Virus record (IMG/VR): IMGVR_UViG_3300027715_000022
Location: 1-34,131 of that record
Source: a virus
Lineage: Duplodnaviria; Caudoviricetes
Length of the DNA: 34,131 nucleotides
Direction: 5' to 3' (one strand)
Below the pieces are notes generated by a model, which did not search any database, was not told the DNA's origin, and saw only the letters and a program-made list of their open reading frames with translations. A program made the position numbers and the translations under genes. Below are positions 8,864 to 18,003 of the stretch, piece by piece (position 1 is the stretch's first letter; each line of letters opens with the position of its first letter).

Positions 8864-11725
8864 CTATGCCACGCTTGCGCGTGTTCTCATTTTTTCAACA
8901 ATCAGTGAGCCAAGCTGATCCGCTACTATTTCAATGTCCATATCATTCGCAATGGTGACACCGTTCAGACTAACCTGAACGTTGACGCCACCAGGCCCTG
9001 CTACTGAAAAGTTACCGCCTCCACTTGATGCAGCCATGAAGCGTTTTGTCTTTTTCGAATTAAGGACGGACTCACCGCCATTGAATCCAATTACCTCCGG
9101 TCCATTTTCTCCGACCAGGTGTAATCCCGGACGTGCTGACATCGTCCCGGATGAGTAGCCCCACAAGGCTCCCGGGTCAATCGCCACGCCGTCCTGGTAT
9201 AGCCCAAAGTGAAGATGTGGTCCGGTGGAATTACCGGTTGAGCCCACAGTCCCGATAGTCTGCCCGGCTGACACTGTTTGCCCCAGTGAGGCCGCAATGC
9301 TTTCCATGTGGGCATACATTGACGATAGACCGTTGCCATGATCAATCATGACGGTGTTACCATAACCGCCGTTCCAGCCTGCCATAGTGACTGTACCCGC
9401 CCCAGCGGCCCCGATCGGCGTACCAAAGGCGGCTCCGATATCGATACCTTCATGGTATTTGCTTGACATTTGGCCGCTATCAGTCATGAATGAATCGCGA
9501 TTCCCGAAACCTGATGTGACATCACCCGCTATAGGTGTGATCAATTGGCCCAGCGAAGCGCCGCCGATACCGATCGATTTAAAGAATTCAGCCGCACCGG
9601 TTCCAATGTACTCAATGCCTGCCTGAAGGTTGAAACTTCCAGCTTCAAAAGCGGCTTTCATATCAGCCACGATACTTTCACAGAATGTCATGAGTTCAGT
9701 ATCACTTAGGCCCTCGATCAATCCGTCGATTGCATAGTAACCAAACTCCCTGAATACAGTTGACGGTGAGTTTATACCCATTGCCTTTTTAAAGCTGTCC
9801 TTTAGTGCTGTTGCAGCGGAATCTCCTCCCGCGACGATTGAATCCTCTCTTTCTTTAAGCCCTTTAATCAACCCGTCACCGGTGTAATTCCCCATCATCT
9901 GAAAAACTTTTGACGGCGAATTGACATCAAGGGTTGAATTTGCGGCGTCAATTAAAGCTTGGGCAGATGTTTTCCCTGCGGTTGTGACACCGGCTATATC
10001 GCCCAGAGTGCCTTTTATAAAACCGGCAGTTGTCTCCTGGCCCGCTTGTTCTCCTGTGTATGGTATAGCAGCAAACCCTGCCTGTAAACTAACTCCCATG
10101 CTTGTTGCGATGCTACTACCAACCCCGAGGCCAATTGTATTCCCAGCGGCAGTCGCGTTGGTGGTTAATTCAGTCAAAGGAGTGCTGATGGACGTCACCA
10201 TATTCGCGGCAGCAGCATCTACCAGTCCTCTGTTAGCCTCCATCCCATTTGCCAAAACGGTTGCTGGGTCTGGCGCTTCACTTGATGCTTTTGCTATGTT
10301 TTCGTTCATCCTGATTAAGTCTTGATCGAATTGAATGGCTGCTTCTTTGAATTCCTCGGGCCCCTGCCAAAAAGCGGTCTTCATGTTTTGAACATCTGTA
10401 ATGATGGTCCCTAAATTGGTAAACATTGAAATCATTGAGCTTATTTTATCGATTTCGAAATCCATCGCTGAAACAAGACCACCTTGCCAGTCGACTCCTT
10501 TTAACGCCTCGTTATCCTCAGTAATCCGATCATAAAACAGAGTCCATGAACTTTTTGCATGGTCAACGGACTGTATCATTTCAGGTGATTTTTCTTTTAT
10601 TTTTTCGGTGATCTGGTCGATGTTTGTTTTAAACATCGCTGAAGCAGTTCCGAAATTTTCACCGATATCATTAGATAGGTTCTGAATCTCTGGTATTGAA
10701 AACACAAAGTCAATACCGTTTCCAATAGACGAGACAATCCCTGCAGCGGTTTCAACACCACCAGCCAAACCATCAAGAAAACCGTCCAGCGCATCACTGT
10801 TGGCCAGCTGCCCCATTTGGGTAAAGACACCCTGAAACGCCCGGTTTGATTTATTCTGAAAGATCGTCCAGGCTTGGCCAAAGGTCATGCCCATGGCTTC
10901 AAACTTTGCGTCTGTGGCGTTTGCCGCCTTGAACATTGCGTTTTTAATAATGTCCGCTGTGATCTCGCCTTCAGAGGCCATGTTTCGGATCTCACCGATT
11001 GGCACGCCCAAATAGTCCGCAATGGTCTGAATCAAGGTAGGGGAGTTTTCAAAGATGCTGTTAAGCTCATCACCCCTTAAAACCCCGGATGCCATGGCCT
11101 GCGTTAATTGGAGCATCGCATTTGACGCTTCGCCCGCACCGGCTCCTGAAATAACAAACTGTTTGCTTACCTGTTCGGCAAAATCAACAATCTCATCGCT
11201 ACCGCTAAAGGCGTCACCCGCCATCAGGCCTAGCTTAGAAACCATGTCAGACATCGACTGGTAACTGGCGTGGGAATCATTGGCAGCGTTGAATATTTCT
11301 GTTTGCAATTCAGCGGTGGTCTGCAAGCCATCGTTCATCAGCCCCAGTCTTGCTGTAGTCTGTGAATATGTATCGGACATATCCATAACACCCTGAATCG
11401 CCCGCAAAGACATATAACCCGCGGCCAGAGCCCCGACTTTACCGATCAGCCCACTCACGGAGCTGGTGGTTGCTTTCGCGGTGCTGTTAAACTCCTTTTG
11501 ACTTTTTTCAGCTTCTTCTACGGACTTTTCAAATTGCTTAAAGGCCGCTCCCGCTTTCGCCATTTCTGATCTTGCCATGGACATGCTTTTCGTGTCAATG
11601 GCCCCGGCACTGGCGGTCTCCATTCGTTCGAAACCGGCGATCATGCTGTTTATACCGGTCATCATGGATTTTATAGCGGGGCTCATTTGGTCAGATAGCC
11701 GGATACTACTTGATATCGAACTCAT
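8864..11725 (-). CDS. Tape measure protein with C-terminal M23 peptidase
   Basis: Tape-measure domain (QLTQAMASGVLRGDELNSIFE); two NSPS-VF repeats; M23 motifs HEGID, YAHM, STGPHLHF. Confidence 0.9.
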   Translation of the reverse strand: MSSISSSIRLSDQMSPAIKSMMTGINSMIAGFERMETASAGAIDTKSMSMARSEMAKAGAAFKQFEKSVEEAEKSQKEFNSTAKATTSSVSGLIGKVGALAAGYMSLRAIQGVMDMSDTYSQTTARLGLMNDGLQTTAELQTEIFNAANDSHASYQSMSDMVSKLGLMAGDAFSGSDEIVDFAEQVSKQFVISGAGAGEASNAMLQLTQAMASGVLRGDELNSIFENSPTLIQTIADYLGVPIGEIRNMASEGEITADIIKNAMFKAANATDAKFEAMGMTFGQAWTIFQNKSNRAFQGVFTQMGQLANSDALDGFLDGLAGGVETAAGIVSSIGNGIDFVFSIPEIQNLSNDIGENFGTASAMFKTNIDQITEKIKEKSPEMIQSVDHAKSSWTLFYDRITEDNEALKGVDWQGGLVSAMDFEIDKISSMISMFTNLGTIITDVQNMKTAFWQGPEEFKEAAIQFDQDLIRMNENIAKASSEAPDPATVLANGMEANRGLVDAAAANMVTSISTPLTELTTNATAAGNTIGLGVGSSIATSMGVSLQAGFAAIPYTGEQAGQETTAGFIKGTLGDIAGVTTAGKTSAQALIDAANSTLDVNSPSKVFQMMGNYTGDGLIKGLKEREDSIVAGGDSAATALKDSFKKAMGINSPSTVFREFGYYAIDGLIEGLSDTELMTFCESIVADMKAAFEAGSFNLQAGIEYIGTGAAEFFKSIGIGGASLGQLITPIAGDVTSGFGNRDSFMTDSGQMSSKYHEGIDIGAAFGTPIGAAGAGTVTMAGWNGGYGNTVMIDHGNGLSSMYAHMESIAASLGQTVSAGQTIGTVGSTGNSTGPHLHFGLYQDGVAIDPGALWGYSSGTMSARPGLHLVGENGPEVIGFNGGESVLNSKKTKRFMAASSGGGNFSVAGPGGVNVQVSLNGVTIANDMDIEIVADQLGSLIVEKMRTRASVA

Positions 11726-11913
11726 CTTTTTTTACCTCCTTTCTTTTTGCGTTCTTTCTCGGCTTTCTTGCGGGCTTTAACTTCCAGATCAACCGCCGCC
11801 ATGATTAAGGTTTTCTCCCACACGTCCATTGCCATATAATCGGCAGGTCTGATGTGGTATTCCCTCAATATGAATATGGCGTAATTTGCGTCTGGGTCGC
11901 CACCCTCGATTAG
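11722..11913 (-). CDS. -1 frameshift extension of tail assembly chaperone (gpGT-like)
   Basis: 63 codons in the -1 frame: LIEGGDPDANYAIFILREYHIRPADYMAMDVWEKTLIMAAVDLEVKARKKAEKERKKKGGKKR; stop overlaps the TMP ATG; slippery A AAA AAC at 11919-11913. Confidence 0.8.
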   Translation of the reverse strand, partial: LIEGGDPDANYAIFILREYHIRPADYMAMDVWEKTLIMAAVDLEVKARKKAEKERKKKGGKKR

Positions 11914-12335
11914 TTTTTTGCTTCGTCAACCTTTTCCTTCGTGATTGCGGTAAAGCCGTTTACTTCTTGGATCTTGTCGAACAGACTCTTATACTCTTTG
12001 ATGTTCAGCATCGCGTTCAACAATGCCCCCGGCTCCATAACGTTGTAAAAATTCTGCAACTCTGCGTCATTTAAGTTCGGAAAGACAACCGACTCTACCA
12101 TCAGGTTTTTTCGGTATTCACCCTCTCTAAATTTTGTGATAGGATTTCCTTTCGCGTCAATATCAGGGAATACCGCCTCACTCAACAGCTGGTCGTTTTT
12201 CTCAGGGGTTACCGGTCTAAGCACCCACTCTATCGGTTCGCCGTTTTCACCGGTAAAATCGACCGATGCGGGGTATTTCGTCGGCTCCTTAATCGCTCTG
12301 TTTTTAACCATAAATGCTTTTAAATTATCTACCAC
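11910..12335 (-). CDS. XkdN-like tail assembly chaperone
   Basis: VVFPNLNDAELQ..Y...LL...EY..L...IQEVNGF...EAKN; between tube and TMP. Confidence 0.85.
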   Translation of the reverse strand: MVDNLKAFMVKNRAIKEPTKYPASVDFTGENGEPIEWVLRPVTPEKNDQLLSEAVFPDIDAKGNPITKFREGEYRKNLMVESVVFPNLNDAELQNFYNVMEPGALLNAMLNIKEYKSLFDKIQEVNGFTAITKEKVDEAKN

Positions 12336-12356
12336 GTCTATTACTTCCTTTCAAAT

Positions 12357-12382
12357 AAAAAGAGACGCATTAAGCGCCTCTT
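12357..12382 (-). terminator. Intrinsic terminator after tail tube gene
   Basis: AGAGGCGC-TTAAT-GCGTCTCT followed by a T-tract. Confidence 0.7.
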
Positions 12383-12881
12383 ACAGCATCCCGTCAAGCA
12401 GGGAGAATTCTTCTGGCATTTCCACACTCTCGAATGTGAAATCAAGTGTTTCCGTTAAGTATGTAGAATCTGCGTCAAACTGGGCCATCGTTGCTGAATC
12501 GAGGTTGCAATCCTTCAGGATGACAGTCTGTCGACCTACCGAAGATGTCGGGTCTTCATTTGTTACCTGAATATCAAAATAAAAATCCTCGCCTGTTTTA
12601 GCATATCGGATCATTAGTTTTCGCAACATAGAAGTGTTGTAATGCACCTCCATGCTTCCCGAGCCTTTGCCGCCGGTTGCTTTATTCCCTTTTGTCTGTC
12701 TACCAAGAATTGGAATTTCTTCTTTTGTTTTTTCAAAAGTCGATTCTAGACTTAGCGCATGCATGAAATTGTATCGGTTGCCGTCGACGATAACATAACA
12801 TTTTGCGTTGGACCCGGAAATCGAGTCCTGCACCCGCATGATCGCGTCAGCAAATAGCTGTAAATCCATAGGTTTCTTCAT
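12381..12881 (-). CDS. Tail tube protein (XkdM-like)
   Basis: Start MKKPMDLQLFAD at 12881 with AAGGAGG RBS; YFDIQVTNEDPTSSVGRQTVILKDCNLD motif. Confidence 0.9.
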   Translation of the reverse strand: MKKPMDLQLFADAIMRVQDSISGSNAKCYVIVDGNRYNFMHALSLESTFEKTKEEIPILGRQTKGNKATGGKGSGSMEVHYNTSMLRKLMIRYAKTGEDFYFDIQVTNEDPTSSVGRQTVILKDCNLDSATMAQFDADSTYLTETLDFTFESVEMPEEFSLLDGML

Positions 12882-12894
12882 TTTCCAACCCTCC

Positions 12895-14214
12895 TTAATT
12901 AACCACAACGGTCATATACAGCTGACGCATTGCTTTGTTTGGTGTGATGGCATCTGAGACATACACCTGATCACCATCATCATTGCCGGTGACAACAATA
13001 TCCGCTGGGTCAAAGTTCTTGATAGCCTTGCCCATGGACTCATGTTGCTTGACGATATCGTTCCATAAGCTGACTCGGCCGTCTTCATCGCCATCGATTT
13101 TACCCAAGTACTTCGCATTAAAGATTAGCGAACCAACCTCTATTGCGACCTGATCCAGAACCCGGATAACCTGGTTTTCTGAAAAACTCTTTCCTTTTGC
13201 CTCTGTGAACGAAATAAAGCTATTAATATCATCCAGCACCGATATAACGGCACCATTTCGATGGTAGGCATAAACCCCACCGGTAATAAATGCAGCAAGT
13301 TCTGCCTGTGTGTAGTCGGTATTAATCGTATACTCACCAGTGTAGGTGGAGTTAAGCAGACTGTCTGTAATTGCACAAGCTGCCTGTGCCCCGGTAGTGT
13401 AAAATACCAACTCATACCCCGTCGCCCCGGCATCGGTTACCGTATTCGCAATCTGGATCACGCCCTCGTAGTCAATAGCCGTCGCTGATTTTGGACGGAT
13501 CGTCTGGAATTTAACCCCCATATCATCCCGCAGCCGTTTGGTATAATTATCAAACAAGGCGTGAATTGCGGTATCCGCAGACGGACAGCCCAAAGCATTG
13601 AATGAATACTGCTCCAATTTCGACAAAAATGTCGAAAAGATTTCGCCGGTGATAGTGGTCACGTTGGTACCACCGGTTAAGGCTAGGCCAGCATTAACCG
13701 CCAGCGTTGCGCCTGTTTTAAAATCAACAAATTCGTTGCTGACAAGGGCCGTAGCTGCTGCAACAGTTTGAGTTTCATAGACCGCGTCATCGATCAGTGT
13801 TTTGACGTCAAACTTTGTCTCGTCATCCACATTTACCGCAATGGCAATTTTGAAATCATTACCCCGGGTTCCGGCGTATTTTGCAGTCGCAAAAGTGTTT
13901 TCAGCCTTAACACCGCCGCCGTTTAGCCGGTAGCAGTAGACCTTAATTGCATTTGCGAATAACTCCCGCAAGTTTTTCATGTTTACGTGGGTATTTGCGT
14001 ACCCGAAAATTTCTGCACACTCGGTCACAGATAAAAACTGTTCCTGAATTACCTCAAAAACCTCGCCACTTGGGCCCCAGTCCAACAATAACGGCATCGC
14101 CGCTATTCCTCTAGTTGAAGCACCAGCGGCTGCACGTTTGGCGCTGATGCTGTTAATGTAAGCGCCGGGGAGTGTTTTGTTATAGGCTGTAAAAGTTCCG
14201 CCTCCTAGTGCCAT
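12895..14214 (-). CDS. Tail sheath protein (XkdK-like), contractile tail
   Basis: MALGGGTF...NKTLPGAYIN, AKYAGTRGN, NQVIRVLD, MRQLYMTVVV. Confidence 0.92.
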   Translation of the reverse strand: MALGGGTFTAYNKTLPGAYINSISAKRAAAGASTRGIAAMPLLLDWGPSGEVFEVIQEQFLSVTECAEIFGYANTHVNMKNLRELFANAIKVYCYRLNGGGVKAENTFATAKYAGTRGNDFKIAIAVNVDDETKFDVKTLIDDAVYETQTVAAATALVSNEFVDFKTGATLAVNAGLALTGGTNVTTITGEIFSTFLSKLEQYSFNALGCPSADTAIHALFDNYTKRLRDDMGVKFQTIRPKSATAIDYEGVIQIANTVTDAGATGYELVFYTTGAQAACAITDSLLNSTYTGEYTINTDYTQAELAAFITGGVYAYHRNGAVISVLDDINSFISFTEAKGKSFSENQVIRVLDQVAIEVGSLIFNAKYLGKIDGDEDGRVSLWNDIVKQHESMGKAIKNFDPADIVVTGNDDGDQVYVSDAITPNKAMRQLYMTVVVN

Positions 14215-14402
14215 TAGTTCACCTTACCTTTCAAGAATTTATCAACCAGCTTGTCAACCTCGCTGGCCGAATAGGTTTCAGAATCCAATAAAACAGCCCC
14301 CAAAACATCAGCTTTAGGGGCGTATTTCTTAGACTTTATCAATTGTTGTTTTGTAAATCTGTTCTCAGCCGGGATTTCCTCGACTGTTTTTTTAGTAGCC
14401 AT
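14214..14402 (-). CDS. Small conserved protein upstream of sheath
   Basis: FTKQQLIKSKKY...FLKGKV pattern; coupled to sheath. Confidence 0.7.
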   Translation of the reverse strand: MATKKTVEEIPAENRFTKQQLIKSKKYAPKADVLGAVLLDSETYSASEVDKLVDKFLKGKVN

Positions 14403-14819
14403 TTATTTAATCCTTTCCGTAATTTCAATTGTTTGCATTTTCGCCACTGCTGGGCCCTGAACATATAGAGTGGCGTCATAAGTCACAAAAACATGACCGA
14501 CTCCATCAATCGGCTTTCCGCTGATCTCAATCCCTCTGATTTTGGTACCGTCAGAAAGCGATATAGTACGCAAATTAGCCAGTAACACTGGCAGGGTAGC
14601 ATAGATATCAGATAAGCCGTTTAGCGGGAAATAGACCACCTCAAAAGGCATGGATTGCCTGAATCGTTTTGCAATTAAATCCGACTGATCGACGTTGACA
14701 CAGTGAATATAAAACGCCGGTTCGACTAAGCCCTGTTCAACCGGTTCGGTGTAAATTGTGCAATCCGGATATAGACCGGCTATCGTTGTGGCAATTCCTG
14801 TAATAATCTGATCAATCAT
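14403..14819 (-). CDS. Tail terminator-like protein
   Basis: IYTEPVEQGLVEPAFYI, VVYFP, IDGVGHVFV; position. Confidence 0.75.
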   Translation of the reverse strand: MIDQIITGIATTIAGLYPDCTIYTEPVEQGLVEPAFYIHCVNVDQSDLIAKRFRQSMPFEVVYFPLNGLSDIYATLPVLLANLRTISLSDGTKIRGIEISGKPIDGVGHVFVTYDATLYVQGPAVAKMQTIEITERIK

Positions 14820-15256
14820 TCGAAGGCCCCCTTCAAGTATTCCATTAAACGCTTTTCGAGCAGTGCCGGTGCCAGAGCATTGACTTCATTTTCCGAAATG
14901 TCGAGAAAAAATTGCCCATCGACCCAACCCCCGCCGCCTCTGGTTCTGTGTCCGTAGTTGACGTACGAGGAATAACTCGCGGTATTGGTCAGGGTACATT
15001 GGTAGGCCCCGTCGATCCGTTCGACATTAATTTTTAAGCTTTCACCTGCTCCACTTGAGCCAACCGACCAACTCCGCCTCAAATTACCGCCGTCTTCTTC
15101 ACCAACGGGGGTTCTTTTAATAACCTTAGCCAAAAGTCTTGATAAAAGTTCAATCGTGCAGTCTTCCATAAACTTCTGCCTTGAATCATTACTCAGCGTC
15201 TTTTCCAACTTCTTCTTAAACTGCTCAAACTGCTTGTAATCAACATTCTTTCCCAT
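14816..15256 (-). CDS. HK97 gp10-like tail completion protein
   Basis: RTPVG..GGNLRRSW, YSSYVNYGHRT, WVDGQFFL. Confidence 0.85.
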   Translation of the reverse strand: MGKNVDYKQFEQFKKKLEKTLSNDSRQKFMEDCTIELLSRLLAKVIKRTPVGEEDGGNLRRSWSVGSSGAGESLKINVERIDGAYQCTLTNTASYSSYVNYGHRTRGGGGWVDGQFFLDISENEVNALAPALLEKRLMEYLKGAFE

Positions 15257-15257
15257 A

Positions 15258-15614
15258 TCAACCGTACTTATCAAAGATGATCAATGATATCTCCTGGTGG
15301 GATGGGTAAACAGCGGGAAGACCGGACCGTTTAAAGTCCGCCGTCCTGCCATCCTGTGTGATTGTTACTTTAGACCCGGGCTTAATTTCAATATCCGGGG
15401 AGATCAGCAGCTTGATTGATTGTGACTGGACCGCCACGCCATTTACAACAGTTGTGGTGTCAGATGATTTATGGGTCATCTTACAGGGTTGATCAGTCAG
15501 GACAACCACCGGGGTTTGTTTTAAAATGTTTGTCACCGGGTCTTTTACCCCTTGCATTTCTGTTATGGTGCATTTACCGTTATAGCGGCTTTCGACCGCT
15601 GTTCTCATGTCCAT
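15258..15614 (-). CDS. Head closure / head-tail adaptor
   Basis: PCKM, KLLISPDIEIKPGSKVTIT, YPSHQEI. Confidence 0.75.
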   Translation of the reverse strand: MDMRTAVESRYNGKCTITEMQGVKDPVTNILKQTPVVVLTDQPCKMTHKSSDTTTVVNGVAVQSQSIKLLISPDIEIKPGSKVTITQDGRTADFKRSGLPAVYPSHQEISLIIFDKYG

Positions 15615-15940
15615 GACATCGCCCTGTACCGATTGAGTTGAGAATAGTGGTTTTTCAACAAAGACTTTGTGAAAACATCATCCGCCCGGAAACTAACAGA
15701 AGTATCACCCTCTGATTGACTGGCAATTAAGCCGCCATCAGGGTTGACGCTACCAAAGTTTTCACCCCTGTACAGGTCCATAGCCATGCGGTAAGCAGTG
15801 TTTACAAGTCCTGTGGGTAGTTCTTCCAGGTTGCAGTAATTAAGGATTGCCTCGGTAGTGTTGTCTAAGCAAAATTGCAAGGCGAAATTCTTATCTGCTC
15901 CCGTTATTCCCAATAATTCTTTGAGTTTTTCAATATCCAT
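15605..15940 (-). CDS. Head-tail connector (SPP1 gp15/HK97 gp6-like)
   Basis: ILNYCNLEELP, SEGDTSVSF, QLNRYR. Confidence 0.8.
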   Translation of the reverse strand: MDIEKLKELLGITGADKNFALQFCLDNTTEAILNYCNLEELPTGLVNTAYRMAMDLYRGENFGSVNPDGGLIASQSEGDTSVSFRADDVFTKSLLKNHYSQLNRYRAMSWT

Positions 15941-15956
15941 AACTTAACCTCTCGTT

Positions 15957-15982
15957 AAAAAAGAGGCTGTTATTAGCCTCTT
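15957..15982 (-). terminator. Intrinsic terminator overlapping capsid stop
   Basis: AGAGGCT-AATAAC-AGCCTCT followed by a T-tract. Confidence 0.7.
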
Positions 15983-17364
15983 GAAAGAATTCGTGCAATT
16001 GGGATCGCTTTGTGGTCGAAATAGGTTCCAGCGCCATCATTCACCAGTTCCCAGTTAGCGCCGTTTTCAAACTCTGCGTTAGTTGGGGAGAGGGTGGCCT
16101 GTACTGCTTTTTTATACGAGAAGCCATAAGGTGCCAGACATTTTCGTTGACGGCTGTAAAGAGTATCCTCGCCACCATTAACAGCAGGGTCACGATCCAT
16201 TTCATAGGGAACTTTTGCGCCGATATCTTCATAATCGAATGCGCCTAAGCCCATGGCGTAGGTGGTGTACTCGGTGTAGGCAGCAGCGGCAGCAACAGCG
16301 GCAACAGCGGTTACGCCTTCGGTTGTCTCGGTGATGGTGGCCACCAGTGTTCCGTTGGTATCGTTCTTGTTCACGATCAGAGTAGGCGCATCTTCAGACA
16401 ACGCGACTTTTTGAGTCAGTGTGATTGATCCGCCGGTCCCTCCGAAGGTGTATTGCGGGAAGTCCGCGGCCAGCAAGGCTTTCAATGCGGTTGCATCAGC
16501 GGTTGTAGAAGCCCCGGCATCCCATCCATCGGTGGTTCCGCAAACATAGGTCTTTTCGCCAAGTGTCAAGGCATCGCCAGCGATTGCTTTGGTGGTGATC
16601 GCCAGTGTATAAACGGCAAGGATCCCAGTTACAGCGGAAACAGCATCCACGGCTGGCACTTCGCGAACTGGCATGGAATCATCCACGATAACGGTTCGGC
16701 CATTCCAGGTCGCAATGTTAAGTGATCGCTGAATCCCATTGGCGTCGGTATACTTCATGTACTCCAACAATCCCAAATTTTCCAGGTTAGTCGCAACGAC
16801 AGAGTGCATCAGCACGATCTGGAATTTGTCCTTGTTCTGGCCACAGGCTTTCTGGATCGCCGAGTTGAGTGTTGAGGCCCCAACAGCGGTATTTAATTCG
16901 TATGTGTGGTTCGATGCGAAAGCAGCACTACCAGGGTCAGTTGAGGAATAAATCCCTTTGATCATGGAAAGCAAAACTTCCTGGTCGACTTCTTCCCAGT
17001 AAGCAGCAACTTGATTACCGACATTGGACATGAACTTCACGCCGCCGGTAATGTCTTCCGAAAAGTCTTTTTCGGTCCATGCTTTCGCCCGGCCAAAGAC
17101 AACAACACCACGCTCAAAAGTAGCGGTGCTGGTTGCTGTGATATTGGTTTGCCCATCGTAGTTCAGGGCCTCGCCGCCCAGGTTCCCGAACATTGGGATG
17201 ACCCCGTAAGCGGTGGTGGTCTGTGCATTAAACAGGGCTCTGATTTCCGCATTGGGTGTCAATGCTCTGGATTTCAGCAGCTCGTTTCGTTTCAGATTGG
17301 GTACTTTTTCAACATACTTCCCAAAGGCTTGGGGGTTGAATGATTTAGAATCAAATTTTGGCAT
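15973..17364 (-). CDS. Major capsid protein with internal insertion domain
   Basis: FDSKSFNPQAFGKY, NYDGQTNI, GRAKAWTEKDFS, MHSVVATNLEN, WNGRTVIVDD, RDPAVNGGEDTLYSR, HKAIPIARILSRG. Confidence 0.88.
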   Translation of the reverse strand: MPKFDSKSFNPQAFGKYVEKVPNLKRNELLKSRALTPNAEIRALFNAQTTTAYGVIPMFGNLGGEALNYDGQTNITATSTATFERGVVVFGRAKAWTEKDFSEDITGGVKFMSNVGNQVAAYWEEVDQEVLLSMIKGIYSSTDPGSAAFASNHTYELNTAVGASTLNSAIQKACGQNKDKFQIVLMHSVVATNLENLGLLEYMKYTDANGIQRSLNIATWNGRTVIVDDSMPVREVPAVDAVSAVTGILAVYTLAITTKAIAGDALTLGEKTYVCGTTDGWDAGASTTADATALKALLAADFPQYTFGGTGGSITLTQKVALSEDAPTLIVNKNDTNGTLVATITETTEGVTAVAAVAAAAAYTEYTTYAMGLGAFDYEDIGAKVPYEMDRDPAVNGGEDTLYSRQRKCLAPYGFSYKKAVQATLSPTNAEFENGANWELVNDGAGTYFDHKAIPIARILSRG

Positions 17365-17389
17365 AGTTTAAATCTCCTTTAATTTTTTA

Positions 17390-17995
17390 TTATTCTTTTG
17401 GAAAAATAGCGCATAATTCCTCGTAGGAGGGATTAGCAGGGTTGCCTAAATTCTTAGGCGGTCCGTCTCCACCTTCAGCGGGGTTAATCCCTTTGAAGTT
17501 GGGCTTCGGGTCTTCTGCAACATCAAACAAAAACTTGGAATCATCACTGGTTGTCAGTGCCGCGATCTGATCGTCAAGTCCTTTGATACTGTCACCGTCC
17601 AACTCTACTTTTTCAAGATCCAACAAAGCTTTTACCGCTTTCAGGTTCTTTGCTTTCGCCCCGGATAATGCATTTTCAATGGCATTATTCAGCTTGATCT
17701 GTTTGATTTCTTCCTGGTATTTGGTCTCTGCGTCAATGTTCGCCTGGGTCATCGTTGCGATGGTTGTTTTCAGGGTTTCTACATCACCAGCAGAGTCTTT
17801 CAGCTCTTGTAATTGGGTGTCTCTGGTTGCGATGTCTTTTTTAGCCTGTTTCAGGTCGTTGCTGACAGCATTAAAGGTTTCCTTTGGCACTGCCTGTTTT
17901 GGGAACTCTGCGTTAACCTGGGCCATTAATCCATCTATATCAAGAACACCGTCATTAATCTTTGCTGCTTCTAATAATTTCTTTAACCATTCCAT
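17390..17995 (-). CDS. Scaffolding protein (Phage GP20 family)
   Basis: Start MEWLKK with GGAGG RBS; VPKETFN, coiled coil, AKNLKAVKALLD, GLDDQI, FLF. Confidence 0.85.
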   Translation of the reverse strand: MEWLKKLLEAAKINDGVLDIDGLMAQVNAEFPKQAVPKETFNAVSNDLKQAKKDIATRDTQLQELKDSAGDVETLKTTIATMTQANIDAETKYQEEIKQIKLNNAIENALSGAKAKNLKAVKALLDLEKVELDGDSIKGLDDQIAALTTSDDSKFLFDVAEDPKPNFKGINPAEGGDGPPKNLGNPANPSYEELCAIFPKE

Positions 17996-18003
17996 TTCTG
18001 TAT

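Noticed and set aside
2767-14819. Stand-alone tailocin (diffocin-like)
   Set aside because: Terminase, portal, scaffold, capsid and replication genes are all present, so this is a complete phage morphogenesis region
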